Source: an uncultured Acidobacteriota bacterium
GTDB lineage: Bacteria; Acidobacteriota; Terriglobia; Acidiferrales; UBA7541
DNA: 64,000 bases
Assembly: GCA_963821765.1 (NCBI GenBank)
Contig: CAWGFF010000010.1
Coordinates: 95,400 to 159,399, forward strand
Direction: 5' to 3'
Each line of letters opens with the position of its first letter. The stretch's first letter is position 1. The translations under genes were made by a program, and so were the position numbers. The notes under the pieces were generated by a model. It was not told where the DNA came from, made no database searches, and saw only the letters and a program-made list of their open reading frames with translations. Below are positions 8,901 through 17,922 of the stretch, in pieces.

Positions 8901-11900
8901 TCTGTCCCGGGACAACGGCGACGTGCACGTTCACGATCACCGCGGACCAAGAGCTTTCGGCGACGTTCAACAACGGGACGGGAAATTTCGCGTTGAGCGT
9001 GATTCCTGGCGGCACGGCGACGGGCGGCGGGATTGTGCTCGGGAACATCGGCGGGACGGGAACGGCGATTGATTGCACATTGAGTGGGACGACGACGCCG
9101 ACGGGAGTTTGCTCGCAGAACGTATTGAGCGGATCGATCGAGACGCTTACGGCGGAGCCGAACGCGACATCGAATTTCACGAGTTGGACCGGACCGTGCG
9201 TGATACCCACAGGACAACCGGCAAAGTGCGTGGTGACGATGGGCGCGGCGCACACTGTTACGGCGCTGTTCACGGCGCAGACGAGCAGTTTTACGGTGGC
9301 ATTGACTGGAAACGGGACGTTGACGAGCACTTCGACGCCGACGGTCACGCCGGAAATTAACTGCGCGAATCCGGCGCCGCCGAGTGCGTGCTCGACGAAT
9401 TTTGCGTCGGGGACGCAGGTGACTTTAACGGCGACGCCCGCGACAGGGTACTCGTTTACGAATTGGACGGCGGGACCGTGCGCCGGAGCGACGAATCCGT
9501 GCGTATTTACGGTGAGCAGCACCAGCCCAACGAGCGCGACGGCGTTATTTACGATAAACACTTATCCGCTGACGGTGAATCGCGCGGGGACTTTGGGAGG
9601 AACGGTCGCGAGCAACGTAGTGAATGGGCTAGGCGGCAGCATCAGCTGTGGGCCGGCCGCGGGGATTCAGGGTTGCTCGGTGACTGCGACGTATAACACG
9701 CCGGTCATTTTGACGCAAACGCCGCCTTCGGGTGGCGGTTTTGGCGGGTGGAGCGGGACGCCGACTGCGTGCACTGTGGGAGCTACGACTTGCACTTTCA
9801 ATATGCCCGCGGGACTGGAAACAGTGACGGCGACGTTTACGGCGGTTTCCGGAACCGACGCGGATCTGTCGATCGGGATACTCGCACCGGGGAGCGTAGC
9901 GCTCGGCGGGAGCGTGCCGTACACAATCACGGTGACGAACAATGGTCCCGCGAACGCAACGGGCGTGACCATGAGTGATCCAGTGCCGAATGGACTGCAA
10001 CCCATCGGGATCTCTGGACCGAGTTGTGAAATGCAACTAAACGTTGGCACTGAGCAATACACCGTGTTCTGCAACATTGGCAATCTAGCCAGCGGCGCCA
10101 GCTCAACGATAACGTATAGCGTGACGCCTACGGCGACGGGAGGCTTGACGAATACGGCGACCACTGGGGGAACGCAAACGGATCCGAACACGGCCAACAA
10201 TTCAGCGACGGTGAATACGTCAGTGACATCGGGGACCTCGAGCCCGGTGATCGTGGCGGACTTTAATGTGAACGGCGAGGGCGACGAGGACAAACAGCGA
10301 GTGGATGGAACGAGTAAGCCGCTGCAGGTGACGTTGACGAACACCTCGACCACGCTGACCGTGCACGTCAGCGGCGTTACACCGACTGCTCCGTACACAG
10401 CGACGACCGACTGCGGGACGCTAGCGCCTGGAGGGACCTGTCACGTGTTTATCGGTTTCAAGCCGGCCAGTGTTTGCCAGGACGAAACGGACCAAATAGT
10501 GACAGTGAACGACGATGATCCAGGCGGCAATTTCCAGATGACGATACACGGCTGGGGCGCAGACAGCGTGATCAAGGTGGATGATCTTACGGATTCCACA
10601 CTAACGCCGACGGCGCTGGCGCAGAGCCTAGTGGGGGCGGGAGTAGCAATCAGCAACGTTAAGTACACGGGCGCGCTCCGTGCCGCGGGCACGTTTACAA
10701 GCAGCTCGAATGTTCTGGGCTTTACGAATGGAATCGTGCTGAGTTCAGGATCGGCACGCAACGTAGCAGGCATGAATTGTGAAAACGGAATGTCGGTGGA
10801 CAACGGCGAGCCAGGCGATGCGGATCTGAACACGATCGTGGGTAAGGGAAATATCACGAACGACGCATCGGTATTGGAATTTGACTTTGTGCCGACGAGC
10901 TCGACGATCAGTTTCCAGTATGTGTTCGGTTCGGAGGAATACCCGGATTTCATCGGGTCGTTTAACGACGTGTTCGGATTCTTCCTGACGGCGCCGGGCG
11001 GCGCGCCAGTGAATCTGGCGCTAATTCCCGGGACGGACCTGCCCGTATCAATCAACGATGTGAATGACGGCAATACGACCGTCACTCCCCCGATACCTCC
11101 GACAAATCCTCAGTTCTACGTGAACAACCAGGTGCAATTCTCGGCAACCGGACCGTTGCCGCCTGTGGATACCGAGCTAAATGGGTTGACCACGGTGCTA
11201 GGGGCGCAAGCTACGGTAACTCCCGGGTTGACGTATCACATCAAGCTCGCAGTGGCCGACGCGAACGACTTCGCGCTGGATTCGAACGTATTTGTGCAGG
11301 CGGGAAGCTTGTCGAGCGCGAGCGTAACGGCGAACCCGACGTCTCTGGCTTTCGGAAATCAAGCACAGGGGACGACGAGCGCGTCGCAGCCGGTGGTGAT
11401 TACGAATGTGGGCACGACCACGGTGACGATCACGGGAATTGCGGCGAGCGCGAATTTCGGCGAGAGCAACGCTTGCCCGACAACTCTTGCGACCGGCACG
11501 GGCACGGGATCGAGCTGCACGGTGAACGTGACGTTCACGCCGACGGCTACGGGGACACTGACGGGGACGGTGACGGTGACGTACACGAGCACGGGCAGCG
11601 CGACGCCGCAAACGACGACTATCACGCTGACGGGGACGGGAACGCCGGCGACGGGCGGGACGATTTCGGTTACGCCGACATCGTTGACGTTCGGCAGCCA
11701 GGCGGTGGGAACGACGAGCGCGGCACAGACGGTGACGGTGTCGAACACGGGTGGGACTACGGTGACGTTCACGAACATTGTGACGAGCGGGGATTTTGCG
11801 GGGGCGACGCTGGCGCAATGCCCGAGCATCGCGGTGGAAGGTACGCCTTGCACGTTTCAGATTACGTTCAAGCCGACGGCGACGGGAACGCGCAACGGGA

Positions 11901-12847
11901 CGATCACATTTACGGATAATGCGACGGGAAGTCCGCAGACGGTGACGCTGACGGGGACAGGCACGCCGGGAACGGCGACGTTGACGGTGACGCCGAGCAG
12001 TTTGGTGTTTGGATCGCAAGCGTTGACGACGACGAGCGCGCCGTTGAGCGTGACGGTAACGAACACGAGCAGCGCAGCAGTGAATTTCGCGGGCTTTACG
12101 ACGAGCGGAGCGGATGCGGAGGATTTTGGAGTGCCGCTGCCGAACACGAGTTCGGGATGCAGTGCGGCGGGGACGTTGGCGGCGGGAGCGAGTTGCACGA
12201 TCAGTGTGGTATTCACGCCGCAGGCGAATGGGACGCGGACGGCGACGTTGAATATTGCGGATAATGCGACGGGAAGTCCGCAGATGGTGGCGTTGAGCGG
12301 GACGGGAGTGACATCGCAAGTGATTATAGCGGTGGCGCCGGGAGGGAGTACGACGGCGACGACGGTGTCGGGAGGGACGGCGTATTACGGATTGGTGATT
12401 AGCGGAGCGCCGGGAGTGACGGGGACGGTGCAGCTGGGATGCATACCGTCGTCGGTGTTGATAACGTGCAAGGTGATACCGAGTACGGTGACGTTGACGG
12501 GCGGGGCAACGGAAGTGGCGTTTGCGATACAGACGTACTGCCAGGGGAGTACGACGGCGACGGGAATGGTAGCGCCCATGGTCGGAGGAAGTGGCGGGGG
12601 GATTGGGTGGATGCTGGTTTCGATGGTTTTCGGTGGAGCGGTGTGGACGATGCGGAGGAAGCGGCGAGTGGCAATGACGTTTGCGACGTTGTTGCTGGTG
12701 GCGTTGGGAATGGCAGCTTGCAGCAATAGTTTGCCGCAGGGGCCGAACGGGGCGACGCCGGCGGGGACATATACGTTGTCGTTGACGACGACTTTGAATG
12801 GACAGACGCAGACATTGAATAACTTTTTGACGCTGGTGGTGAAGTAG
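5960..12847 (+). CDS. giant mosaic secreted surface protein (SBBP-type N-region, Big_2, InlB-B-repeat-like x4, DUF11, choice-of-anchor-L-like, choice-of-anchor-D-like modules, C-terminal TM/Arg-cluster signal)
   Basis: ORF 5939..12847. ATG 5960 is preceded by GGAGG (5951-5955), with signal peptide MSLRRSLRRASGFLVLGICMQIASVL. Motifs seen: PLFFEANEGQTDPSVRFLTRSSGY (N-domain typical of SBBP propeller proteins), LAVGGTQQFSALGLYGDG...TATITA (Big_2), four TATPxxGxxFxxW...C.F modules, ADLSIG...YTITVTNNGPANATGV (DUF11) and GDADLN...ISFQYVFGSEEYPDFIGSFNDVFGFFL (choice-of-anchor L). The tail is identical to gene 1. Confidence 0.9.
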   Translation: MSLRRSLRRASGFLVLGICMQIASVLPQGGLSAQTAPKAGDGSGANAQEQQKIAASAIKMPLFFEANEGQTDPSVRFLTRSSGYTMFLTPTETVLVEGKNGIVSDDKFGKGLTAFRADAKNAKQSVLRMELLGANAAPDFQGLQQLPGKVNYLIGQDQAAWHTNVALFSEVQVAKVYPGVDLLFHGDQRQLEYDFVVAPGADPGRIGFRIRGAKKIEIDANGDLILHTADSEFEMRKPVIYQGEGANRSEVQGRFVLSAKNQVRFELGPYDHAEKLVIDPVIFFSSFLGGAGLDLLQAVAVDTSTPGAPKVYVTGFTDDIATFPEPSAKVGNPSTAAGEENVFVAEIDATKTGSPSLVYLTFIGGSTPFTALGGTVCGTSSGFLALDTSQGAASVEPVIGGLTLCSDYPGTVLNPVTATGTDASATVVTRLKPGGAAIDASVLLGGNGLMATGYVFTDAVGNVLLTGATGSTNLPTSAGAYATEFNNGATGAFDDCYTVKLARSNLTPGYFSYLNVGASSVSGQAAGCGGVIDSANENILYLGGDTESSVAFSGAAAGVLGFQSTFHGTIDSFVMKLDTSVSGFGALKYATYVGGGGKTDVQTGAVELGTGVVALAGRTTSNSTTNAPDIVTANALSGGSSNPAAASTGGQVGFLVVMDTTKSGLASLLSGSYFGGTSGQDEIRALAYDPLVLSGYNIIVGGDTASTDFPVLHPFQGSLVGTQDAFVSSFLITPTSAQTLFSSYIGAGGVSIGGVSVAENSIAAIGVDTGHAMYVGGNASSGSYFDSTTPTTTVNGFQTTCTSCSGTVPEPDAIIFALKTAPGAALSTVSAFPASVGTLAVGGTQQFSALGLYGDGTFQDLTSEATWNSSNTGVLQIGSTGLATAVGSGTATITAQFGGLTSAGVLVTVSGGASTFKVQLVLEGTAYGTVTDSTGAIDCTNTTAQGATGTCTANFNTNAQVTLTATPGSGSVFGGWGISNVCPGTTATCTFTITADQELSATFNNGTGNFALSVIPGGTATGGGIVLGNIGGTGTAIDCTLSGTTTPTGVCSQNVLSGSIETLTAEPNATSNFTSWTGPCVIPTGQPAKCVVTMGAAHTVTALFTAQTSSFTVALTGNGTLTSTSTPTVTPEINCANPAPPSACSTNFASGTQVTLTATPATGYSFTNWTAGPCAGATNPCVFTVSSTSPTSATALFTINTYPLTVNRAGTLGGTVASNVVNGLGGSISCGPAAGIQGCSVTATYNTPVILTQTPPSGGGFGGWSGTPTACTVGATTCTFNMPAGLETVTATFTAVSGTDADLSIGILAPGSVALGGSVPYTITVTNNGPANATGVTMSDPVPNGLQPIGISGPSCEMQLNVGTEQYTVFCNIGNLASGASSTITYSVTPTATGGLTNTATTGGTQTDPNTANNSATVNTSVTSGTSSPVIVADFNVNGEGDEDKQRVDGTSKPLQVTLTNTSTTLTVHVSGVTPTAPYTATTDCGTLAPGGTCHVFIGFKPASVCQDETDQIVTVNDDDPGGNFQMTIHGWGADSVIKVDDLTDSTLTPTALAQSLVGAGVAISNVKYTGALRAAGTFTSSSNVLGFTNGIVLSSGSARNVAGMNCENGMSVDNGEPGDADLNTIVGKGNITNDASVLEFDFVPTSSTISFQYVFGSEEYPDFIGSFNDVFGFFLTAPGGAPVNLALIPGTDLPVSINDVNDGNTTVTPPIPPTNPQFYVNNQVQFSATGPLPPVDTELNGLTTVLGAQATVTPGLTYHIKLAVADANDFALDSNVFVQAGSLSSASVTANPTSLAFGNQAQGTTSASQPVVITNVGTTTVTITGIAASANFGESNACPTTLATGTGTGSSCTVNVTFTPTATGTLTGTVTVTYTSTGSATPQTTTITLTGTGTPATGGTISVTPTSLTFGSQAVGTTSAAQTVTVSNTGGTTVTFTNIVTSGDFAGATLAQCPSIAVEGTPCTFQITFKPTATGTRNGTITFTDNATGSPQTVTLTGTGTPGTATLTVTPSSLVFGSQALTTTSAPLSVTVTNTSSAAVNFAGFTTSGADAEDFGVPLPNTSSGCSAAGTLAAGASCTISVVFTPQANGTRTATLNIADNATGSPQMVALSGTGVTSQVIIAVAPGGSTTATTVSGGTAYYGLVISGAPGVTGTVQLGCIPSSVLITCKVIPSTVTLTGGATEVAFAIQTYCQGSTTATGMVAPMVGGSGGGIGWMLVSMVFGGAVWTMRRKRRVAMTFATLLLVALGMAACSNSLPQGPNGATPAGTYTLSLTTTLNGQTQTLNNFLTLVVK

Positions 12848-13081
12848 GGAGGGGATCGTAACCGGAAGGGCTGAGACGGGAAGAGAACCAGAGGCAAAGG
12901 AGAGCCCGGTGGTGCGTTGCGGGACGGGGCGCTACAGATTCAAAAACAAATTCAAAAACAGGGCGAAAGTGAACGGCGCCCATCCGGCAAAGGCGGGATG
13001 GGCGCTGGAAAGTCAAAGTCAAAGTCAAAGTCAACTACGCCCGCCTGAAGGCGGCCGCTACAAATTCAAGAACAAATTCAA
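11628..13081 (+). repeat. segmental duplication copy B (partner 3823-5276)
   Basis: See copy A. It includes the last ~400 codons, the stop codon and ~235 bp of downstream REP-like DNA. Confidence 0.95.
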
Positions 13082-13202
13082 GAACAAATTCAAAGGCAAA
13101 TTCAGGAGCATCAGAGGCCGTTTCGCAAAGTGGGAGGGCCACTGCAAGGGCACGCCACGTCCGTCGGTCGCTTGTGGCTCGGGTGATTAGCGGCGGGCGG
13201 CG

Positions 13203-14714
13203 CTAGGGTGCAGTGGTTATGTCGAAGAGGTGGGCCTGGAAGGGGTCGCGGCGAATGAAAAGGCCGATTTCGTGAAGTTCCTGGCCGCTGCGATCGTAGC
13301 GGACGTTGTTTAGTTCGTCGTTGAAGATGTAATTTTGTGTTGGTGAGACGCGATCGGCCAGGTGGACGCGTCCTTGCGAAGGGTAGGCCGCCAGGTTTAC
13401 TGCGATTATTTTCCACGCTTTCGATGAACGCCATTCGTAGACTAGCAGTGCGTCGGTGGGAGCATCACCTTCCGGAGCGACATCGAGTAGATTCCAGTTC
13501 CCTTCGTGAAAAACATCCTGCTTCGTAATGCGTAGAATTTTCTGGAAGAAATTCGTGCTGATGCGATCGGGTGGCTCGTCGGCGGCGACGCGCAGCGTGA
13601 TGGGAAGATGAATGCGGCGGCCTTCGAGCTCGCCCTGATGATAGAAGCGCATTCCGGGAAGGGTGGCGAGCAGAGTGCCGTCGGCGGCGAGACGATCGTT
13701 GGGGAATACCACGGCGCGGCGCTGCTCGTCGTGATTTTCCATGAAGCGCGCGAAATCACTTTGGCGTTCGGGGAGGCTCACGAGGCGTTCGCGGATTTGC
13801 GAGATGTTGTGGTCGCGGACGGCGTCGTAGAGAATTTTGTCGTAAGAGTAGGAAAATCCTAAGTCGAGCAGGCGTTGTTCGGTGCCCCAGTAGGCTTCGG
13901 CGAGGAGGGTGAGGCTGGGAAAGGCGGCGTGGGCTTCGGTCCAGAATTCTTTCTCGGGCTGAGGCGTGTTGCCGAGGAGGTAGCGCCAGTTGGTGTCGAA
14001 GATGTCGTTGAGTTGGAGCATGGCCATGTCGCAGCGGATGCCGTCGCAGTGGGCGGCGATGGTGCGGAGGTCGGCTAGTTGCGCGGCGCGGAGAGCGGGA
14101 CTGAAATGGTTAAGTTGGGCTACGTCTTGCCACGGCGGGAAGTATGGGTCCTTGGCTCGCGCGATATATTGCGGGCCCTGGTGTGTGGATTGCGTGTAGT
14201 AGAGCGCAGGATTTTTCTGGAATTCGTCTTGGGAAGCTCGGACGTAGAATTCGGGGTGCTCGCGCATCCAGGGGTGATCGAGCGCGGTGTGATTGCCGAC
14301 GAAATCGAGAAATAATGCGATGCCGCGAGCGCGTAATTTTTCGCGGGCAGCGTCGAGAGCGGCCCAATTGCCGATGCGCTGGTCGGGGACGTACGAGGTG
14401 ATGGCGTAGGGAGAGCTGATTACGTCGGCGGGTTTCCAGCCGGGCAGGGCAAGATTGTACTGCGCGGCGGTCCCGGGATTTTGGAGCGCGAGTTGGCGGG
14501 AGATGGGGCTGCGTTGCCAGACACCCATCAGCCAGACGATGTGGAAGCCTTGTGTGGCGAGAGCGTCCCATTCAGAGTCGGGGACTTCGGCGATGGTGAT
14601 ATCTTTTTTGAGGCGCGCGGAGAGCTGTTCGAGCCAGGTCCAGCTGTTGATTTCGTAGAGGTGGGGATGGGAGCGCGACAGGCTGGTCGGCGAAGAACTC
14701 GGCGGTGTAGGCAT
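13203..14714 (-). CDS. alpha-amylase family glycoside hydrolase (GH13), cytoplasmic
   Basis: 503-aa ORF with all four GH13 regions: LDFVGNH, GIRCDMAM, AEAYWG, FMENHDE. No signal peptide. Confidence 0.85.
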   Translation of the reverse strand: MPTPPSSSPTSLSRSHPHLYEINSWTWLEQLSARLKKDITIAEVPDSEWDALATQGFHIVWLMGVWQRSPISRQLALQNPGTAAQYNLALPGWKPADVISSPYAITSYVPDQRIGNWAALDAAREKLRARGIALFLDFVGNHTALDHPWMREHPEFYVRASQDEFQKNPALYYTQSTHQGPQYIARAKDPYFPPWQDVAQLNHFSPALRAAQLADLRTIAAHCDGIRCDMAMLQLNDIFDTNWRYLLGNTPQPEKEFWTEAHAAFPSLTLLAEAYWGTEQRLLDLGFSYSYDKILYDAVRDHNISQIRERLVSLPERQSDFARFMENHDEQRRAVVFPNDRLAADGTLLATLPGMRFYHQGELEGRRIHLPITLRVAADEPPDRISTNFFQKILRITKQDVFHEGNWNLLDVAPEGDAPTDALLVYEWRSSKAWKIIAVNLAAYPSQGRVHLADRVSPTQNYIFNDELNNVRYDRSGQELHEIGLFIRRDPFQAHLFDITTAP

Positions 14715-14809
14715 CGAACTGAGATTAATTGGGAGGTGCTGGGCGTGTCAATCGAACGGCGGATGGGTTGGGAGTTTTTTCGTTGCGGATAAAGGCAGTG
14801 GCTAGAACT

Positions 14810-14929
14810 CATCTCATAAGTAATCTGCCAAGATTGAGCGACGCGGCTTCAGGGGCTGAAGCCCCTTTCTTGCGATGCTTCACGGCGGGGCTGAAGCCCC
14901 GCCCTTCCGCGGGAGGCATTTATGAGATG
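14810..14929. repeat. 120-bp MITE-like element: 10-bp terminal inverted repeats around two GGGGCTGAAGCCCC hairpins
   Basis: catctcataa (14810-14819) pairs with ttatgagatg (14920-14929). ggggctgaagcccc occurs at 14852-14865 and 14887-14900, each preceded by gcttca. Confidence 0.5.
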
Positions 14930-15090
14930 GCTTACAGTGACGAGTGGTTAGTGGCGAGAAAAGGCCACGCGAAGCTGCGGCGATGGTCGGCTGAGCGATT
15001 GATGGACAAATGCGCGAATTAGTGACACATTATTTCGGGCGGAGCAGCGGGGCGGCTCGGTCGCGTGTAATAGTGAGGAGGGATTCAATA

Positions 15091-15441
15091 ATGGTAAAGC
15101 GTGCGATGCTGGCAGGATTTGCGATGGTTTGTGTGGCGGGGCTTTCGCTGGCGGGTCAGGACGGCGGGGCAAAGAGTGGTTCATGGTCCGGCGTCATTAC
15201 GAATGATATGTGCGGGGCGAAGGATGCGAGTGCAGCGAAGGCGGAGTGCACTTCGAAGTGCGTGAAATCGCATGGGGCGAAATATGCTTTGTACGATGAG
15301 GCGGACAAGAAAGTTTACATTTTGGAGCCACAGGATAAGGCGGATGGTCACGCGGGGCACGAAGTGACGGTGAAGGGGACTTTGGATGGGGATACGATTC
15401 ATGTGACTTCGTTGACGATGAATACGGCGAAGGGTTCGTAG
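15091..15441 (+). CDS. small secreted hypothetical protein (116 aa, 3 Cys in mature part)
   Basis: ATG 15091 with GAGGAGG at 15076-15082. Signal peptide MVKRAMLAGFAMVCVAGLSLAG. Followed by a strong intrinsic terminator. Confidence 0.7.
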   Translation: MVKRAMLAGFAMVCVAGLSLAGQDGGAKSGSWSGVITNDMCGAKDASAAKAECTSKCVKSHGAKYALYDEADKKVYILEPQDKADGHAGHEVTVKGTLDGDTIHVTSLTMNTAKGS

Positions 15442-15503
15442 CGCGAGCTCCCGGATTTTTTCGTTGCGTTAGAGATTCGTCTCCGCAGGGTGTACGTCAA
15501 TGA

Positions 15504-15534
15504 GGGCAGGGCCGATGGCCTTGCCCTTTTTTTT
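15504..15534 (+). terminator. Rho-independent terminator
   Basis: The gggcagggcc / ggccttgccc stem is 10 bp with one G-U pair. It has a short loop and is followed by T8 (15527-15534). Confidence 0.75.
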
Positions 15535-15599
15535 GGGATTGCGGGTTCTGATATACTTCGCGGCCTCATGAGGTTCGCTTGATTGGAAAGGGTGGCGGG

Positions 15600-17735
15600 A
15601 TGAAATTCCATAAAGCATTTGTGTTCGTGGTGATGTTGGCGGCGATGGCTTGCGGCGCGGCGCGGGCGCAGCATCCGGTGACGGTGGGGAATGCCGGCGC
15701 AGCCGCCGCGGGCGGGCGCACTTTGGTGGTGGATGATTATTTTCGGATTAAGGAAGTGGGGGATCCGCAGATCAGCCCAGACGGGAAGTGGGTGGCGTAT
15801 ACGGTGGAGACTGCGAGTCTGAAGGATGACAAGAACCGGAAGCGGATCTGGATGGTTCCTACCGGCGGAGGGGCGGCGATCGCGCTGACGGATGAAAATG
15901 AATCGTCTTCGCATCCGCGTTGGAGTCCGGATGGAAAATATCTGGCGTTTTTATCGGCCCGCGCGGGAAGCGGCAACGATGATGAAGAGAAGGGCAAGAA
16001 ACAGGTATGGATTCTGAACCGCGAAGGGGGCGAGGCGCAGCAGCTGACGGACACGATCCAGGACGTGGATAGTTTCGCGTGGGCGCCGGGAAGCGACCGG
16101 CTGGTGCTGGTGTTGCAGGATGCGTCGCCGGAAGAAATCGAGGCGGCGGCGAACAAGGAAAAGGGCAGCAAGGCGAAACCGAAGCCGCGGCCGTGGGTGA
16201 TTGACCGGATGCACTTCAAAGAGGATGAGATCGGGTATCTGGACCGGCGGCGGACGCATTTGTATGTGTTCACAATTGCGGATCACAAGAAGCGGCAAAT
16301 TACCGCGGGCGATTACGATGACGATGATCCGGCATGGTCACCGGACGGAATCAAGATCGCGTTTGCGAGCAACCGGTCGGCCCCTGAACCGGATTTGAAT
16401 TACAACAAGGACATATGGGTGGTGGAGGCGGGCAACACCGATCAGGGAAAGTCACTGGTGCAGGTGACGACGAACGTGGGGGCGGAAGAGGCGCCGGCGT
16501 GGTCACCGGACGGGAAGTGGATCGCATACACCACGCAGCTGGAGCCGGAACTGTTTCAATATTCTACGATTCAGATTGCGGTGTCGCCGGCGACGGGCGG
16601 TGCGGCGAACGTGCTGACGCGCAAGCTGGACCGCAATTCGACGATTCCGCGATTTTCGGCGGATGGGAAATGGATTTATTTTATTGCAGACGACGACGGC
16701 ACACAGAATTTACTGCGCGTGCCGGCGGCGGGCGGAGAAATTACGCGCCCGATTGGCGGGCGGAAGATGGTGGAAGCGTATTCGCTAGGCGCGGATGGCA
16801 CGGCCGTGGCGACGGTGGGAGAGCTGACGCATCCGGCCGAGCTCTACGCGGTGTCACCGGGCGGGGAATTGCGGAAATTGACGAGCGTGAATGACGCGTT
16901 GATGGCGGAATTGCGTTTGCCGACGGTGGAGTATGTGCATTTCAAGAGCAAGGACGGAACCACCGTCGCGGGATATTTGTACAAACCGCCGGATTATCAA
17001 CCGGGCGTGAAATATCCGACGATTTTGAAACCGCATGGCGGGCCGGTGTGGGCTTACTACGCGGAATTTAATTTCGATCCGCAGCTTTATGCAGCGAATG
17101 GGTATGTGGTGCTAACGCCGAATCCGAGAGGGTCTTCCGGTTACGGCGAGGATTACTGCAAAACGATTTTCGCGGATTGGGGACACAAGGATTTTGAGGA
17201 TGACATGGCGATGGTGGATTACGCCGTCGCGCAGGGGATCTCGGATCCCGAGAAATTGGGAGTGGGAGGTTGGTCGTACGGCGGGATTTCGACGAATTTC
17301 ATAATTGCGCAGACTACTCGATTCAAGGCGGCGATTTCGGGAGCTGGGGAATTCTTGTACATCACCAATTGGGGGCACGATTTGTATTCGCGCGATTGGG
17401 AGTACGAGCTGGGGTTGCCGTGGAAGAATCGCGCGCTGTGGGAGAAACTTTCGCCGTTCAATCGCGTGCTGCAGATTACGACGCCCACTTTGGTGATGGG
17501 CGGGGACGTGGATTGGAACGTTCCGGTGATTAATGGGGAGCAGCTGTACCAGAGTTTGCGGAGGTTGGGAGTGCCGACGCTTTTGGTGGTGTATCCGGGG
17601 GAATATCACGAGTTTTCGCGGCCGTCGTTTATTAAGGACAGATACGAGCGGTATTTATTTTGGTATGGGCATTATGTGAAGGGGGTGGGGCCGGCGGTGC
17701 CGCCGGTGGTTGTACCGGGGAAGGGTGCGGAGTGA
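15600..17735 (+). CDS. S9 family serine peptidase (prolyl oligopeptidase/acylaminoacyl-peptidase type) with TolB-like beta-propeller
   Basis: ATG 15600 and signal peptide MKFHKAFVFVVMLAAMACGAARA. Repeated SPDGKW[VI]AY propeller motifs. Catalytic GGWSYGG, GGDVDWNVP and GEYHEF. Confidence 0.85.
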   Translation: MKFHKAFVFVVMLAAMACGAARAQHPVTVGNAGAAAAGGRTLVVDDYFRIKEVGDPQISPDGKWVAYTVETASLKDDKNRKRIWMVPTGGGAAIALTDENESSSHPRWSPDGKYLAFLSARAGSGNDDEEKGKKQVWILNREGGEAQQLTDTIQDVDSFAWAPGSDRLVLVLQDASPEEIEAAANKEKGSKAKPKPRPWVIDRMHFKEDEIGYLDRRRTHLYVFTIADHKKRQITAGDYDDDDPAWSPDGIKIAFASNRSAPEPDLNYNKDIWVVEAGNTDQGKSLVQVTTNVGAEEAPAWSPDGKWIAYTTQLEPELFQYSTIQIAVSPATGGAANVLTRKLDRNSTIPRFSADGKWIYFIADDDGTQNLLRVPAAGGEITRPIGGRKMVEAYSLGADGTAVATVGELTHPAELYAVSPGGELRKLTSVNDALMAELRLPTVEYVHFKSKDGTTVAGYLYKPPDYQPGVKYPTILKPHGGPVWAYYAEFNFDPQLYAANGYVVLTPNPRGSSGYGEDYCKTIFADWGHKDFEDDMAMVDYAVAQGISDPEKLGVGGWSYGGISTNFIIAQTTRFKAAISGAGEFLYITNWGHDLYSRDWEYELGLPWKNRALWEKLSPFNRVLQITTPTLVMGGDVDWNVPVINGEQLYQSLRRLGVPTLLVVYPGEYHEFSRPSFIKDRYERYLFWYGHYVKGVGPAVPPVVVPGKGAE

Positions 17736-17836
17736 GGGCAGAGAGTTCGAAGGCACCGCAGAAGAACGCAGATTAACGTGGATAAATCGAAGCTGGGATA
17801 AATCCGAAAGCAAATTCAAAACCAAGAGCAAGATGC

Positions 17837-17877
17837 CCGCTTCATCCCGAAAGGCGCGGGATGAAGCGGCCGCTACA
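17837..17877 (+). repeat. REP-like hairpin (12-13 bp stem) followed by CCGCTACA; possible bidirectional terminator between convergent genes
   Basis: ccgcttcatccc (17837-17848) pairs with gggatgaagcgg (17858-17869), followed by ccgctaca. The core CATCC..AAAGGCG..GGATG is shared with hairpin 5171-5200, while the outer stem differs by compensatory changes. Confidence 0.6.
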
Positions 17878-17922
17878 CGAGCAAAGTCAAAAACGCCGAT
17901 CGGGAGATTGCCGTTCCCAGCG

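Noticed and set aside
14729-15022. 97-aa ORF spanning the GH13 / small-protein intergenic region.
   Set aside because: It reads through the MITE-like hairpin element (AEAPFLRCFTAGLKPRPS is the hairpin translated). No RBS.
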